Shown here piece by piece: positions 14,746 to 33,531 of a DNA stretch of 64,000 nt. The position numbers were made by a program, and so were the translations under genes. Position 1 is the stretch's first letter. Every line of letters starts with the position of its first letter. The notes under the pieces were generated by a model that saw only the letters and a list, made by a program, of their open reading frames with translations, did no database searches and had not been told where the DNA came from. Source of the stretch: Octopus vulgaris (Eukaryota); NCBI GenBank assembly GCA_951406725.2, contig OX597820.1, forward strand, positions 41,354,001 to 41,418,000, in the 5' to 3' direction.

Positions 14746-15455
14746 GTATGTCTGTCTGTCTGTTTGTCTGTCTCTGTCTCTCTCTCTCTTTCTCTCTCTC
14801 TGCCCATCTGTCTGTTTACGTGTTCATCTGTCTGGTTGCCGCTTGTAGTCCGTCGCTTTCTCTTTCATTCTAATTATACATCTATGAAAATGTGTGTGTA
14901 TGTGTGTATGCGCGCACGCGCGTGTCCATCTGACTGCATTTCTTCCTGTTTTACTGTCCCCTTCACTACTCCTCACTTTCAAGATTTACTTTTTCTTATC
15001 AATTTCAAATGAGCAACCTTTTCTCTATGAACTTCTTTCATTTAAACAACCAGAGCTCATCTGCGCACAGTTTGTTTCCTGCTTTAAGAGTAACCCCACC
15101 ACCCCACCCAATTTGATAAGTGTTACTGAGATAATTAGCCAGGTTCAATATTTTAGAATGTTCAAAACATCGGAGATAACCAGGCCTATCTTAAGGTATG
15201 TAATGGTTTCCTTATTACGAGGATCATACTTCTTGATTTATAGAAGGGTTATGTGGCGGTAAACCATTCATATAAAAAAGTTTTATAATATAAAGGGGGG
15301 TAATTATCGAAATCAAATCATTAATATATTTACTAAACGTAGAACTATGAAAACCTTGTTTTCCGTTATTCTTACAATACACTGGGAAGCAAGAGGGCTA
15401 AAACGCAATATATAACTGATCAAGCTTAGATTGTTAAACGAAGCATTGCAATTTA

Positions 15456-15620
15456 GGCGCAGGAGTGGCTGTGTGGTAAGTAGCTTGTTTACCAACCACA
15501 TGGTTCCGAGTTCAGTCCCACTGCGTGGCACCTTGGGCAAGTATCTTCTACTATAGCCTCGGGCCGACCAAAGCCTTGTGAGTGGATTTGGTAGACGGAA
15601 ACTGAAAGAAGCCCGTCGTA

Positions 15621-15660
<40 letters not shown>

Positions 15661-15895
15661 TGTGTGTGTTTGTGTGTCTGTATTTGTCCCCCTAGCATTG
15701 CTTGACAACCGATGCTGGTGTGTTTATGTCCCCGTTATTTAGTGGTTCGGCAAAAGAGACCGATAGAATAAGTACTGGGCTTACAAAAGTATAAGTCCCG
15801 GGTTCGAGTTGCTCGATTAAAGGCGGTGCTCCAGCATGGCCGCAGTCAAATGACTGAAACAAGTAAAAGAGTAAACGAGTAAAAGAGTAAAGAGT
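15456..15895 (+). mobile_element. tRNA-derived CORE-like SINE family B with internal (TA)/(TG) microsatellite
   Basis: Head ggcgcaggagtggctgtgtggtaag...gagttcagtccc; CORE-like ccttgggcaagtatcttctactatagcctc; (gtaaaaga)n tail; 6-bp TSD aattta. Nearly identical to 51949-52364. Confidence 0.9.
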
Positions 15896-16312
15896 AATTT
15901 AAATACAAATTTATGTACCGCAAAGTTACTCAGCCCCATTCTACCACTTACAATAAATAGACACATGTCTACGTGATTGCTCGACTCGCAAGAAACTGCG
16001 GCCGAATCTTCCTCAGAACACACAAAGCTTTCATAAAAGCTGAAGGTGATGTAGTCTTAGATATCAAACAGGCAGTTAGATTAGGATTTTGATCCATAGA
16101 TCTACTCAGTCAACGCTAAAGTGATGCAAAACGAGACGAAGGCAACGGCAACAGTAGGGGTAACAAGAACAACAACAAAAACGCAGCAGTAGCAGCAGCA
16201 GCAACAATAACAGCAACAATAACTACTACTGCTACTACTACTACTACTACTACTACTACTCTCTGTCTGTCTGTCTGTTTGTATGACTACCTGTCTATCA
16301 ATCAATCAATCA

Positions 16313-16364
<52 letters not shown>

Positions 16365-16404
16365 GTCTGTCTGTCTGTCTGTCTGTTTGTATGCCGACCT
16401 GTCT

Positions 16405-16482
<78 letters not shown>

Positions 16483-17581
16483 ATATCTATCTATCTATCT
16501 ATCTATACCTTATTTAATTAGCTGCATATATCTGTGCCGATCTCTTCCCCCAGTTGACCGACAAAGCTGAAGAAATATGGCTTACTAAGCATTGTCTGAG
16601 ACGCTCAACCACATCCTCATCTGATTTACTGTTAAATTTCTACTGCATCATTTTTAGAAACCAGCCAATAGTCCTTTCCCTTCTGTCATTTGAGGGTTGG
16701 AACTGAAAAATCTTGATGTAAATATTTGTGAAATTTCAATTCCCATTAAAATATAACATTTTCTTATATATATTTCTCTGTGTGTATTTCTTTATATGTA
16801 TCTTAGTAGGAATATATGTAGTTACATAGATCTATGTGTGTAAGTATTTATCACTGCATACCATCGTATGTGCACATGTGTTCAAGGGCATAAACCTGAA
16901 AATGTATGTATGCAAGCGTATATGCATATGTGAGTGTATGCGTAGGTGTGTGTATGTGTGCGTATGTGTGTGTTTGTTATACATATGTACGGGATTGGAT
17001 ATACGTTAACCACGCAGAACCTTATATATGGTTCTTACTTTAATCTGTATTTTTATATATCACTTATGTTCCATATATTTCACTCTACATTTTTGCACTC
17101 GTAACTTCATACACACAATTCTGTTTCGTTCCATTTTATTTCACCCTCTCTCTATGTCTTTCTCCTTGCTGCTTATACACTCAGCAATCCGAATATCAAA
17201 TAGTAAAGAGCTCCAATAGAGGAACAATGAGAAAAATCATGCTTAAGTCTAATTAAAAACTCGTCTATTTTATGCTTTTTGTTTTTGTCCCCCATATTGT
17301 TTTAAAAGCCGATTCCACCATACTCTAAATGTAGTCAGTAGGTCTGCCTCGATATCCTCCGGTGATGTGATCATGTGACCTACGCTTAATGGCCTGTACA
17401 CACACAAATACAGACATGCATATATATATACATATATACATACTCTTACTCTCAAGCACAGACGCACACAAACATACATATATACATAAACAGATATATG
17501 ACATATATAAGCATATATATATGTATATTAATATATGTAATATAAATGTATCATATACATATATATACATACATACATACG

Positions 17582-17642
<61 letters not shown>

Positions 17643-17782
17643 CGCTCATATATAAAATATATACATGTTTAGAAATATACGTATATGTATATATATGTGT
17701 GTGTGTGTGTGTGTATGTGTATATATTTACATATATATGCATATACATAAAACAATATGTAAACATGTATGCATATATGATC

Positions 17783-17853
<71 letters not shown>

Positions 17854-17971
17854 CTCTATATATTTATATATATATATGTATGTACATATATATGTATATA
17901 TATGTGTCTATGTATATGTGTGTGTGTGTGTAAATGTGTAATTGTAAATGTGTGTTTGTATACACACACGA

Positions 17972-18002
<31 letters not shown>

Positions 18003-18241
18003 TGCTTATATATATATATATATATATCTATATGGATATATACACATACCCATATACATAGGCATATATCTATATCTGTGTGTGTGTGTCTGAGTGTGTA
18101 TATCGAATAAAGCCAAAAAGGGGAACGAAGCGACTGAAAAGATATCTGACAGTTTTAATCTAAAAGCAGTTACAAAATGTAAGGGAAGAAACATTATATA
18201 TAATAAAATAAAATCATAATAGAACTTTCACGAGAAAGAAG

Positions 18242-18275
<34 letters not shown>

Positions 18276-20269
18276 ATGGGTAGGAGAATAAGTTTCTCAA
18301 ATCAAATTTTTTTAATCCCCCTATCAAACATGTTTTTGTGAGTGGTACTATTATCTAAACCAAAGTGGTTGGGATAAGAATTTGGCATGATTGAACATCC
18401 TTATCTTATTCAAATACAACATACGTCACACAATGTCTGACTTTCTCCATCAAGGAAGGCAGCAGCTATCGATTTTCCTTCTGATTTATTTCTTTTTTTT
18501 TATTTCCTCTTTTCTTTTATTCATTTATTTTTTATGGCTATATAGAGCGGAGTCTTTAGACAAATAGGTCACAGCGCTTAAATATCGGCCAAGTAATCAC
18601 GGCTTGTTGATGCCGACTACAATAAGCCATCGACTTTAGATGTCGGTTGAACAGGACTTGCTTCAAGATTTTAGATATCATTTGAATTTAGCGCATCTCC
18701 TCGATATTAGCTAACGAGAATGAATTTTATAGATATTATCCTGTGTAAGCACAGCTAGCCAGGGAAGATGAAAATATGAGTGTAATGAAAGTTTCTACAG
18801 TGATACAGATCTAGAAAAGAAGGAAGGATTCAAAGAAATATTTAGGCTAGGGAACGAAGGCCAGGAGAAATTTGAATCGAGAAAATGATTAATTGTACCG
18901 AATTGATCTAGTGTAAGTATTGCCATGTTCGAAGGTGTGAAGACAGTCATATTACTAGTGTTTGAGAACATACGAACACACTTAGCTAGAATGTTGTATC
19001 ATGTTTGTTAATGAGATTTTGGCAACTGAGTGAAGACAGTTTGTAACGTATGTATATGTGATGAAAGGCTAGTTGCAAGTAGGACTGTTCACATCAAAAA
19101 CATTTTCAGCTCTGATGAAGCAGGCCTTAATCATGGCTTTCAAATGCGTTCCAGATGTGACCATCCTTACTTTTATTAACATAGCTTTCCCTTTTTTTTA
19201 AGATGGTAGGGTGTAATTTGACGGAAATGTCTTGCTTGCTAGAGTGAACATAAACTGTGTAGGTAGATTGCAATAGTTTACGGATAAGATATATCTTAAA
19301 TTTAGTACGTAAATATAAATAGACATTCGGGCTTTTTATTGTGCTCTTAGGTATGTTGTATTCGTACAAGTTCAAAGGTAATCAACCTGTCAGTTAAGAG
19401 GACAATACAAAGTGAATATATTAGTTAGACAGGAAGGTGCAATGCCATGATCATTGATATCTTCAGTGTTTGTGCGTATTTATGCATGAAACTAGGCAGT
19501 TGTGAATCTATTGGAGGATAACTTCGTTATTGTTGGAAAACCTAAAAGAGACAATGCCTAATAAGTTGATGTGTTAAGCTTGCATATAAATATCAAGGCG
19601 CCCATTCTGTGTGAAATATTATTGCAAAAATGGGATTAATATCATGTTTCATAAATTTTTATTAATTAAAATTTTTAGATTGCCTCCTTTGCTTTAACCA
19701 GAATTATCATTAAGCTAACTATTGTTACTCTTTACCACTCGTTTAAGATTAATTAAATGAAAAAATATTGGCTCACTAAGTTCCCTATGCTGTTATTGGC
19801 CTTATAATTTTCATATAGATAGGCAACTATGTGCATAATTTGGGATTTTGAGTTAGTGTTATAATTTACTTAAGAATGTATGGGTATATAAATATATTAT
19901 ATATATACTTGTGTGAATGAGTGTGTGTTGTGTGTGTGTGTGTGTTGTGTATGTGAATGTGCGTGTGTTTGTATGACTAAGTTTTAAGTTACTGAGAGAG
20001 TGTCAGTGATGTTTAGAAGCGGAAGAGACAATGAAATAATCTAATCTTGAAATATAACTCAAATATGACAGAACTTTATTGAGCTGCGTTGAAAAGATGG
20101 AACAGTGTTGTAGGAAACTCCCGATCTTGGAGATGGAACGTGAACGTTGCTAGAAGATAACTGGCAACAGGGTTGTCTAAACTCTTCTTGGCCTTGAGGC
20201 AGCAACCATGCTTTCGGTGAAATTCTTTTCGAATCCCCTCTCTGGTGTTTTTTCGGATTTATTTATTTA

Positions 20270-20340
<71 letters not shown>

Positions 20341-20360
20341 TATCATCATCATCATCATCA

Positions 20361-20412
<52 letters not shown>

Positions 20413-20437
20413 CATTATTTTTATTATTATTATTATG

Positions 20438-20494
<57 letters not shown>

Positions 20495-22239
20495 GTTATT
20501 ATTATTATTTTTAATTCACTTATTTTTTATTTGAGATAACATGTATTCGATATATATTATAAAATGAAGGGGATCAGCCAGTGATATATAAATATTGATA
20601 GGTGTAGAAAAAGACAGAGGCAAATTTTGAAGCGTTCTGACTAAAAATGATTTATGCAGTGCCGTTTTAAATCACCAAGTTATTCGTATTAACCGAACAA
20701 ATTTCTGCACCGAAGTTCATACCATTATTTAAAAACTACATCTTGTTGAATCCATCCTGGATGTGGCCAATCAGCCTAATATTTCGCAAATCTCTCTAGC
20801 CTAACTGACCATCACCAGGCACTTAGGTAAAAATAACCGTAACGTGCATTGAACCGATAATTCACCTATTGGGGAACAACTCTACTCCAATGCAACATAT
20901 CTGCCTTATTTTCCTTTTTCATTTATAAAATATTTTTCTATCATAGTTTCCGCTTAACATATTCATTGGCAGAATCGTTAGTGCTGGACAAAATGCCTTG
21001 TGGTACTTAATCCCCTCCATATATGTTCTAAATCCCAAGTTGGTCAACTTTACCTTTCATTATTACGGACGATACATTCCCACAGAATGAATTTGTAATA
21101 CTGGGCTTGAGCCAATGTTAGAAATCAATATTATTAGCAGTTAGATTGATGAACACATCTCGGATGAACTTGTGTAACATATCTGACAATTCTGTCTATT
21201 AATTCCTCCCAAATCTCTTGACTCACAGAGTAAAATGAATGGAGTTTTTTCAGGCTACATGAAGAATCCAATGCAAGTAAAACGTATGAATTTTTCAATT
21301 AATCGAATTCCCTGACCAGTTAATACAATTTTTGAAAATTAAATTAAACTATAAATCAATCCTTAATTAAGTGATTCAATTAAATAAATTTCGTATTAAT
21401 TAGACGATTTACCAAGCAAAACAATTGCTCCTGAACAACCTGTTTAATAGCTAAATTGTTAGGGAATTAAATCAAATTGCTAACCAATTCGATAATTGAA
21501 GTAACATGGTACGTAAATAATCAACCATCATACTAATTAAGTAATCGGCTAAATTTGAAAAAGTAATTAACTAAGTAAATACGTATATTTAAACATACAA
21601 ATTCGGCAATATGAACCATATATATAAATATATGTCTATGTATAAAATATACACATATATGCATATACGTGTGTGTGTTTGGGGGGGGATTTGGGTACAT
21701 ACACACACACACGCATTACTTTCTGGTATAATCGATAACACAGTCGCCTGGAATGCTATCTGTGTTAGGTTCGATACCCATTGAGAGGTTTCTTCCGTTA
21801 TCATAGACGCAGACATGTCCATGTGTTGAAGAAACTTACTTCGCTATCATGTATTTCTTTGTTCAATAGTACTCTATCATATATATATATAACTGTGTAA
21901 TAAATGAATGAAAATTTAAATTTTCCCATCGCTAATCAAGCTCGCTACAGAAACGGATGTCAACTAACATTTCTTGACAAAAATGATTGCTTTGATACAT
22001 CAAATTAAATTACAGCCTGTGATTGATAGGTTTAATATTCTACTCCCTGCAACCAAGAAGAGGTTGGAACCTAGGAAGTTATATATATATGATTTCTTGG
22101 AAGTGCGTGTACCTAAATTTCCCATTTGAATCCTTATAAATTCATGAATTTTGTGCAACTGGTTTCGGTTGGATGCCCATACAGTTCCCCTGCAAAAATA
22201 TTTGATATGGAAATAGTTTCGGCTTCCCATATCTACACA

Positions 22240-22500
22240 ATGAAAGCAATTATTTACAAAGTAATTTTATATTGGTATCAAATAAGGTCAATTTAAAAAC
22301 AATGGTTTTAGCAATATATCAGCATCCTGAATCTAGAAAAAGAGGAATACTACAATCTTATCCAGAAATACTTGGCATTTAAATGATGCGGCGACCATTT
22401 TGATACAACGATACATTACATAAAATGGGCAAAGCATTGGAAACCAAATATTGCATGTTAAAACAAAATCTACAGCATATAATGACAATGCAAATACATA
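22240..22500 (+). mobile_element. Penelope-like GIY-YIG relic (weak)
   Basis: Frameshifted AIIYK..YIGI..FK...KRNTT.LSR..WHL pattern. Confidence 0.35.
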
Positions 22501-24249
22501 TTTTAAATGCAAATATGGAGATAATGCCAAAATATGATCAAGAAAATAAATTCTGTTTGGTAAATTTCCATAGAGAAATATAAATCAGACGAAAGTGAGA
22601 CGACCGATCAGAAATTTACAAAATGTTGCCTTGTAACACTATATACGAACAATAATTTTGTTCGTATTTAAAACACTTCTGCGTTAATATTCTTTCTGAC
22701 CATGACTATCCGACCAGAAACGTAAATAATTAGTAAAATAGTCAACTTTGAAAATGATATAATTTAACGTATACTACATTTATAGTATGCCATATATATA
22801 AATATTTTTTTTGCGTAAAAGGAGCGAAAGGAAATGCATCAACACTGTCAAATATTTGGATTCGGATAATTAATTTTAAAAGGGATGGGTTGATTACTGT
22901 GCACAATGAATCTTAACTTTGGAATATGCATTTAATATGAAGAAAACAAAAACTTAGTGATAAGAGTATACGATACTAAAAAATTGAGAGAAAATTTGGA
23001 ACAGCTAGCACTAAATTTTCTAATTAATTTTCGTATGCGAGGAAAACAGTCTAAGATAGTGGTTGTCAACCATTATTTACCTGTGGATACCTTTGGTTCC
23101 AATTTTACTTAGGTGGTCCCTCATAGCCATTTGATGTTTAAAAAATCCTATTATATTTTTCGTAATTCAATATTATTAGAGATTTGTATAAAAAATTGTT
23201 AACGTATTTTCTATATTGACAAGAGTCACGGGTCAAAGTTCTATTTGGAGACAAAGATCAGCTACAGATAACTATGGACACACGTTACGGTTTGCATGAA
23301 ATCGTCAGCATCGTATAGTTAATTCAATCCTGCTGAGATGTGCAAAGGCTTTTACACGAGGAAAACGATTACTTGTATGCTTTGGTCAAGAATGATTCGA
23401 ATAATTAAAAATAAATTGGGTCTAAGGAAAATATTTCAAAATTTCTAATGAATTTATGTTTATTGTGGAGGACTTCAGTTCAACATCTTTTAAATTAGTT
23501 TTCAAAATTTAAGCCATATCTAGAGGCTCTACGCAGAATTGTCAAAATAATATAATCTGTTGATTTTGAAAAAAAGCTACTTGAATGTTGGTGCTACAAT
23601 TGTTTGCAAGAATGAACATCTTTCGTACATATATACACATACAAATATACACACATATATATTCACATGTATGTATACATGTATGTAATTGCAAATGAGG
23701 AGGAGAAAGGAAGGAGGCAAGAGATTAGGTGAGAAAGACTAGTTTTCAGGAAATACGCACATACCTTATATGCATTGTCACACGCACGTACATATATATA
23801 TATACACAGATATGTACATACGTAAAAAATATAAATATCAACACCAAAACATGTTCCTACTTACATATGCATGCACACATTTCAATCGCCCAGAAATACA
23901 CATGCGCATGCGCTGGTGACATTTGTAACGAACAAATACATATGCAAATGAGAGCTAGATCAATAAACAATTTAGCACAAGTGCATAAATAAAAGTAAAT
24001 AAAAGTAAATAAAAGTAAATAAAAGTAAATAACAACAAAATCTTCTACAAGAGAGACCACACTCAGTGAAACTAAATACAAAGCAAATAACAGAATTTAA
24101 AAAAACAAAAAGGAATAAGTAGAAATTTGAAGTGACTCTACTACCTACCCGCCCTACTTCATTTCCATCCGTTCTTGGAAAATGCATTGAGAAAGGTCCT
24201 GCGACAACTTCTTATTTTGTTTTAAAACAAAAATATAAGGTAACGATAG

Positions 24250-28520
<4,271 letters not shown>

Positions 28521-29384
28521 AGGTATTAGAGTCTACATGTTTGGAGGTATATGTGTGAGGAGGCGGACTTCGAATTTGTGTAGGCAAGCAGAATTGTAAT
28601 TAAATATTTAAATGCATGTGCCTCTATAGAGATGCAGTGATTCTGTGTTTTAATACCAATACGGAGATGTTCCGCGGAAACCTGTGTATGTAGCAGACAT
28701 GATAAGAGTGCGAGGGAGAAGGAGCGAGTGAGGGAGAGTGTATACAAGTCTTTATGCATATGCACTTTGTTTTTAATAGGGTGTTATCTGTAGAATAGAG
28801 AAAACGTACCTAAATTTCAATTTCAAATAGTACCCATTTTGTTCGTTACAATTGTAAAGAGAAATTCATGACCATTACAATATAAAATTAAGCAAAACAA
28901 TGTTAGATTTGTTGCTCTATAAGTATTGTTAGCAGCAGATATTTCACCCATAGAACGGTGCAGGCGTTTCAGTTATCATGTATGTTTGCGTATGTATAGA
29001 AATATATGAACGCACAACCATATGTGTGCAATACCTGTACGATATTCGAAATATTTTATACTATTATACTGAATTTTTCTAATAGACTGAATATCTTTTT
29101 TTCAAGATACTGCAACCGAAGTGTGTTTTATACTGCGTTAGATGTCTCAGGACCCCATTAGGTTCGGTAGATACTTAATTGCATAATAGATGTTTCTACC
29201 AATGACGTTGATTTCACCAAGTGTCTGTCCTCTACTATGAGGACACAACATGCTCCGAGATATACATCTCATATGGCTAAGGCTTCAACAAGAAAGCAGT
29301 GGTCAGCTAAATCTACCCTGCGCATGGGCAATTATAGTGGAGATGGGTGAAATATATTCATAAATTTTCTTTCTGGACTTTTTG

Positions 29385-29775
29385 TATGTGTGCTAAGAAG
29401 ATTGCTTCCCAACTACGTGGTATCGAGTTCAGTCCTGCTGCGAGACACCCTGGGCATGTGTCTTTTATTATTGCCTCTGGCAATAAGTCATGTGAGAAAC
29501 TGGAAAGAAGCCCGTCTTGTATATATATATATATATATATACACGTGTATTTTGTGTTAGTGTTTGTCCCACATCGCCGCTTGACAATCGGTGTTGGTGT
29601 GTTTACTCCTACGTAACTTAACGGTTCGGCAAAATAATTGATAGAATAAGTACCAGGCTTTAAAAAAACAAAATAAGTACTGGGATCGGTTCGTTCGTCT
29701 AAGACTCATCAAGGTGGTACCCCAGCATGGCCGCAGTCTAATGACTCAAAGAAGTGAAAGGTAAAAAATGTAAAA
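29385..29775 (+). mobile_element. SINE family B, diverged
   Basis: ccctgggcatgtgtcttttattattgcctc...cggttcggcaaaa...ccagcatggccgcagtctaatgact. Confidence 0.75.
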
Positions 29776-29919
29776 GGTGTGCCATAAGATATTTTGAGAA
29801 TTCATTCGAAATATGATGTATACACGATCAAGATGGTTCTTCTTCATTGTCCAGGTTTCATGATAAATAAATATATTAAGTGATGATTTACAGAATGTAT
29901 ACAATACCGACATGTACGC

Positions 29920-30100
29920 TATGTATTGGTAGAATATGTAAAATGTCGATTGATAGAAATTATACCACTCTAATTGCCAGAATTTATAAGATGCTAACTC
30001 TTAGGATATATAGATTGCTTATAAGAATATATGAAACGCTTATTGATAGAGCTTTCAGTATACCGACATGTAGAATGTACGGAACACTGGTAAAATATGC
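29920..30100. repeat. Degenerate 24-bp minisatellite
   Basis: attggtagaatatgtaaaatgtcg / attgatagaaattataccactcta / attgccagaatttataagatgcta / attgatagagctttcagtataccg. Confidence 0.6.
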
Positions 30101-30282
30101 AGAATAAGGGTTGGTAAAATCTATAAATATACTAAATGGTTAAATATATAGATTGGTAATGTAAAAGCTAATCTATCATTAAAACACTTTTATAGACATG
30201 CAACAGTTATAGATTGCTGATCGACTTACATATATTCGTACACCCAGACACATATAAGTATATATATATATATGTATGTATG

Positions 30283-30359
<77 letters not shown>

Positions 30360-30362
30360 ATA

Positions 30363-30395
<33 letters not shown>

Positions 30396-30920
30396 ATATA
30401 TACATATATATAAACACACATATATATGTATGTATTATGTATGTATATATGTATATATATATAGACGTTTTAATGCATGTGTGTGTATACGCAGACATTT
30501 ATTACATTCTCATATACATATGTAGACATGCGTAAATATCTGATTAAACGAGTTAATAACGTTCAGTTTGTCTCCCACAAACACACACACACAAACACAA
30601 ACGTGCACATTTTCACCGACTTATTGATTGCTTCAATCTATAAGATGCAAATAATTTTTTTATACTTTATTATCTGCTTGTATTTTTCGTACATAAATAC
30701 ATATGTACCTGAGAGATTAATCTGCGTGAAGTTTGTGTGTATATATGTTAGTGTGTTACAGAATAGATGTATAACATGCACTGCAGAGTCCTATGATTGC
30801 ATGTCTGTAGAAGTATTGCGTTTATTGGTATGGAGATGGCGAGTCTCTAAAATTCCTGTGATGCAGGTGGAACAGCATGAAATATTTGTTTTTCCATTGT
30901 GAATATAGAGCAAGCTCAAT

Positions 30921-30951
<31 letters not shown>

Positions 30952-31669
30952 TTGTGTGTGTTTGTGTGTGTGTGCATGCATGTGTGCGTGTGTATGTGTG
31001 CATGTGTGTGTGTGTGTGGCTGCATGTTTGTGCATGTATGCGTGTGGTGGTAACTGTGTGTGCACGGCGCTATGGGACTGTCTTACTCGGGAATTGCTAA
31101 ACCAATTTATAGTAATACCGACCTTGGTTTAATTAGCTTAATGAAACACATGCCAGTTTTCCTCGCATTAATTTGGAATCTCAGCTTCTGATGGGGTTGT
31201 AGGGACCCCGTCATGTCATACGCCGTGTCTTGAGGATTATAAAACCTGGCAAAGCCTTTCTAAGTCTGGCGATAATCAATTTTCCCAGAGAGAAATCCAG
31301 AGCGATAGAAAAGTGAAAAAGAAAGTCCTACAGAATAAAAAGACTCAACCCTTTACTAAACTGGTACTTAATTTATCACTACCCGAACGGATGGAAGGAA
31401 AGTTGACATTGGTAGTATTTGAAGACATGGCGTAGAGTCCGAAAGTAAATTATTCCATTCGATGCTCTAATTCTACGATAATTTTACCGCCATATTTTAC
31501 AGTGTTACAGTCAGCTTTAAAAGTATCACTTACAATTGGACCATAAAAAGATAACTGACCAATTTTTAATTACATAGTGCCGCCATCTTTTTAAATTAGA
31601 TGAACTGATCTATTTCAAAGTTGTGGCTCAGGTTGGAGCAGTTCGTTATACTATAAAGACAGACAATAA

Positions 31670-31900
31670 GGCGGCGAGCTGGCAGAACCGTTAGCACGCC
31701 GGGCGAAATGCGTAGCCGTATTTCGTCTGCCGTTACGTTCTGAGTTCAAATTCCACCGAGGTCGACTTTGCTTTTCATCCTTTCGGGGTCGATAAATTAA
31801 GTACCAGTTAAGCACTGGGGTCAATGTAATCGTCTTAATCCGTTTGTCTGTCCTTGTTTGTCCCCTCTAAGTTTAGCCCCTTGTGGGTAAAAAAGAAACA
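31670..31900 (+). mobile_element. SINE family A, monomer
   Basis: ggcggcgagctggcagaaccgttagc...gagttcaaattcc...core...gccccttgtgggtaaaaaagaaaca. Confidence 0.9.
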
Positions 31901-32197
31901 TATAAAGAAAAAACATTTTTGGTGTGGGATTGGTGGGTAGAGGTAATAGTATAGAAGTCTGCTGAATTAGCAAGCTGTAAATCTAAATATAGTTTGATAT
32001 GTATTTAAATGAAAATGAAATCTTTTGTAAAATAAAGATATTTTTTAAAGGAATACGGAAAGAAAGCGGAAATTCACTCTTCTAATTTTTAAGCTGCTAG
32101 ACACTGTGGAAAAAGAACTGAAGCAGTATTCGTTCCAGAAATCATACCAATCAAATAACCTTTGCGACTGTAATCAACAACGTGCAAATAATTCTAC

Positions 32198-32239
<42 letters not shown>

Positions 32240-32240
<1 letters not shown>

Positions 32241-32430
32241 TTCAAATTTACAGGAAACAAAAGACGAAGAAAAGTGTAGGAACAACAAGCAGGAGTATTA
32301 ATTTAACCATTGGGAAGAATGAAAAAGTTTTTTATGTTTCGAGCTTATGCTCTTCGACAGAAAGGATTAAGAGGTAAAAAAAAAAAGGGAGAGAGAAAAA
32401 TATGTGTAGGGACTAACGGGTCAAGATGAT
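32240..32430 (-). mobile_element. Penelope-like terminal fragment, same family as 59395-59600
   Basis: Shares aaacaaaagacgaag ... gtttcgagc(c/t)ta(c/t)gctcttcgacagaaag ... gagaaaaa..tg(c/t)gtagg. Abuts a (TA)n tract. Confidence 0.6.
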
Positions 32431-32754
32431 AAAATAGGCTGAAGAAAAAAATATATCTGTAATAGATAATGAATAACCTACACATACATATACCTGTATC
32501 GTCTATAACAGCCATCACTCGAAAGCGAGTACGATTTGGTAGCATATTCTAATATGTCACGTGTTGTTTTTTGCCCTCCGTAGCTGTGAGCTGACATATA
32601 CAAAATCACAGAATTCCTGGTTTTAACTCAATGGAACACTCTGGATTTATCAACTGAAGGAAGCAAAAGCTGCTCAAGAAGTGAATTGGTAGTTATGTTC
32701 CGCAGAGTAGTCTGTGTCAACGTGAAATACAGAGGTTTTCTGAAGAAAACATTC

Positions 32755-32830
32755 TATCCCATAGTCTAGGACTCGAACTGAGCGTCCTTTGATTGAAAGC
32801 CCTACACTCTAACCAATAGGCCACATAGTT
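32755..32830 (-). mobile_element. tRNA-like Pol III SINE head
   Basis: Minus strand tggcctattggttagagtg...gttcgagtcct; A and B boxes present, acceptor stem not formed. Confidence 0.5.
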
Positions 32831-33495
32831 ATATGTGCGGTTACATACAGAGTTTTTGGAGTTTATATAATTGCCTCATACTTATGACCATGGAGTGAAG
32901 AATTGATCTATCTTCTCCATTCACTGATATCTAATTGCTGGACTGATAATAATTTGGAAGTGCTTTTAATGCGGACAGAATTGTTTATACGAACAGTGAT
33001 ACGAGATCAGTGACCCTTTCTGTACTCACAGCGACTTTTGTCTCTTCAGTGAATTGATATTGGCAGGAAGAAGGTGAAAGTGAAAGTAGCCAAGTTAAAA
33101 TTAAACTTCAACAATGCAACTCCCGAGAGCAGCATTTTATACATTTGAAGGCAGACAATTTCCTGATTATATAAAGACATTGATGAAGGGAGAGAGTGTG
33201 TGACAATTGCGACATTGGGGATTTGAACAAACCCACTGTATTCAGTAAATATTGCATTTCAGCAAAAGAACATAAATATTAATATGGGGAAGTTACAAGT
33301 ATATGTTACATGAATTGATGTGTCTGTATATCACTTCTGAATGCGTGTGCGTTTGTGTGTATGTGTATGTATGTGCGTGCGTGTGTGTGTGTGTATGTGT
33401 GTGCGTGTGCATGCGCGTTCATATGCGTGCGAATGGGTGTATGCATGTGTATGTATGTCTACACGTAGATAGTGCAGAGGAAATTTTATACGACA

Positions 33496-33531
<36 letters not shown>

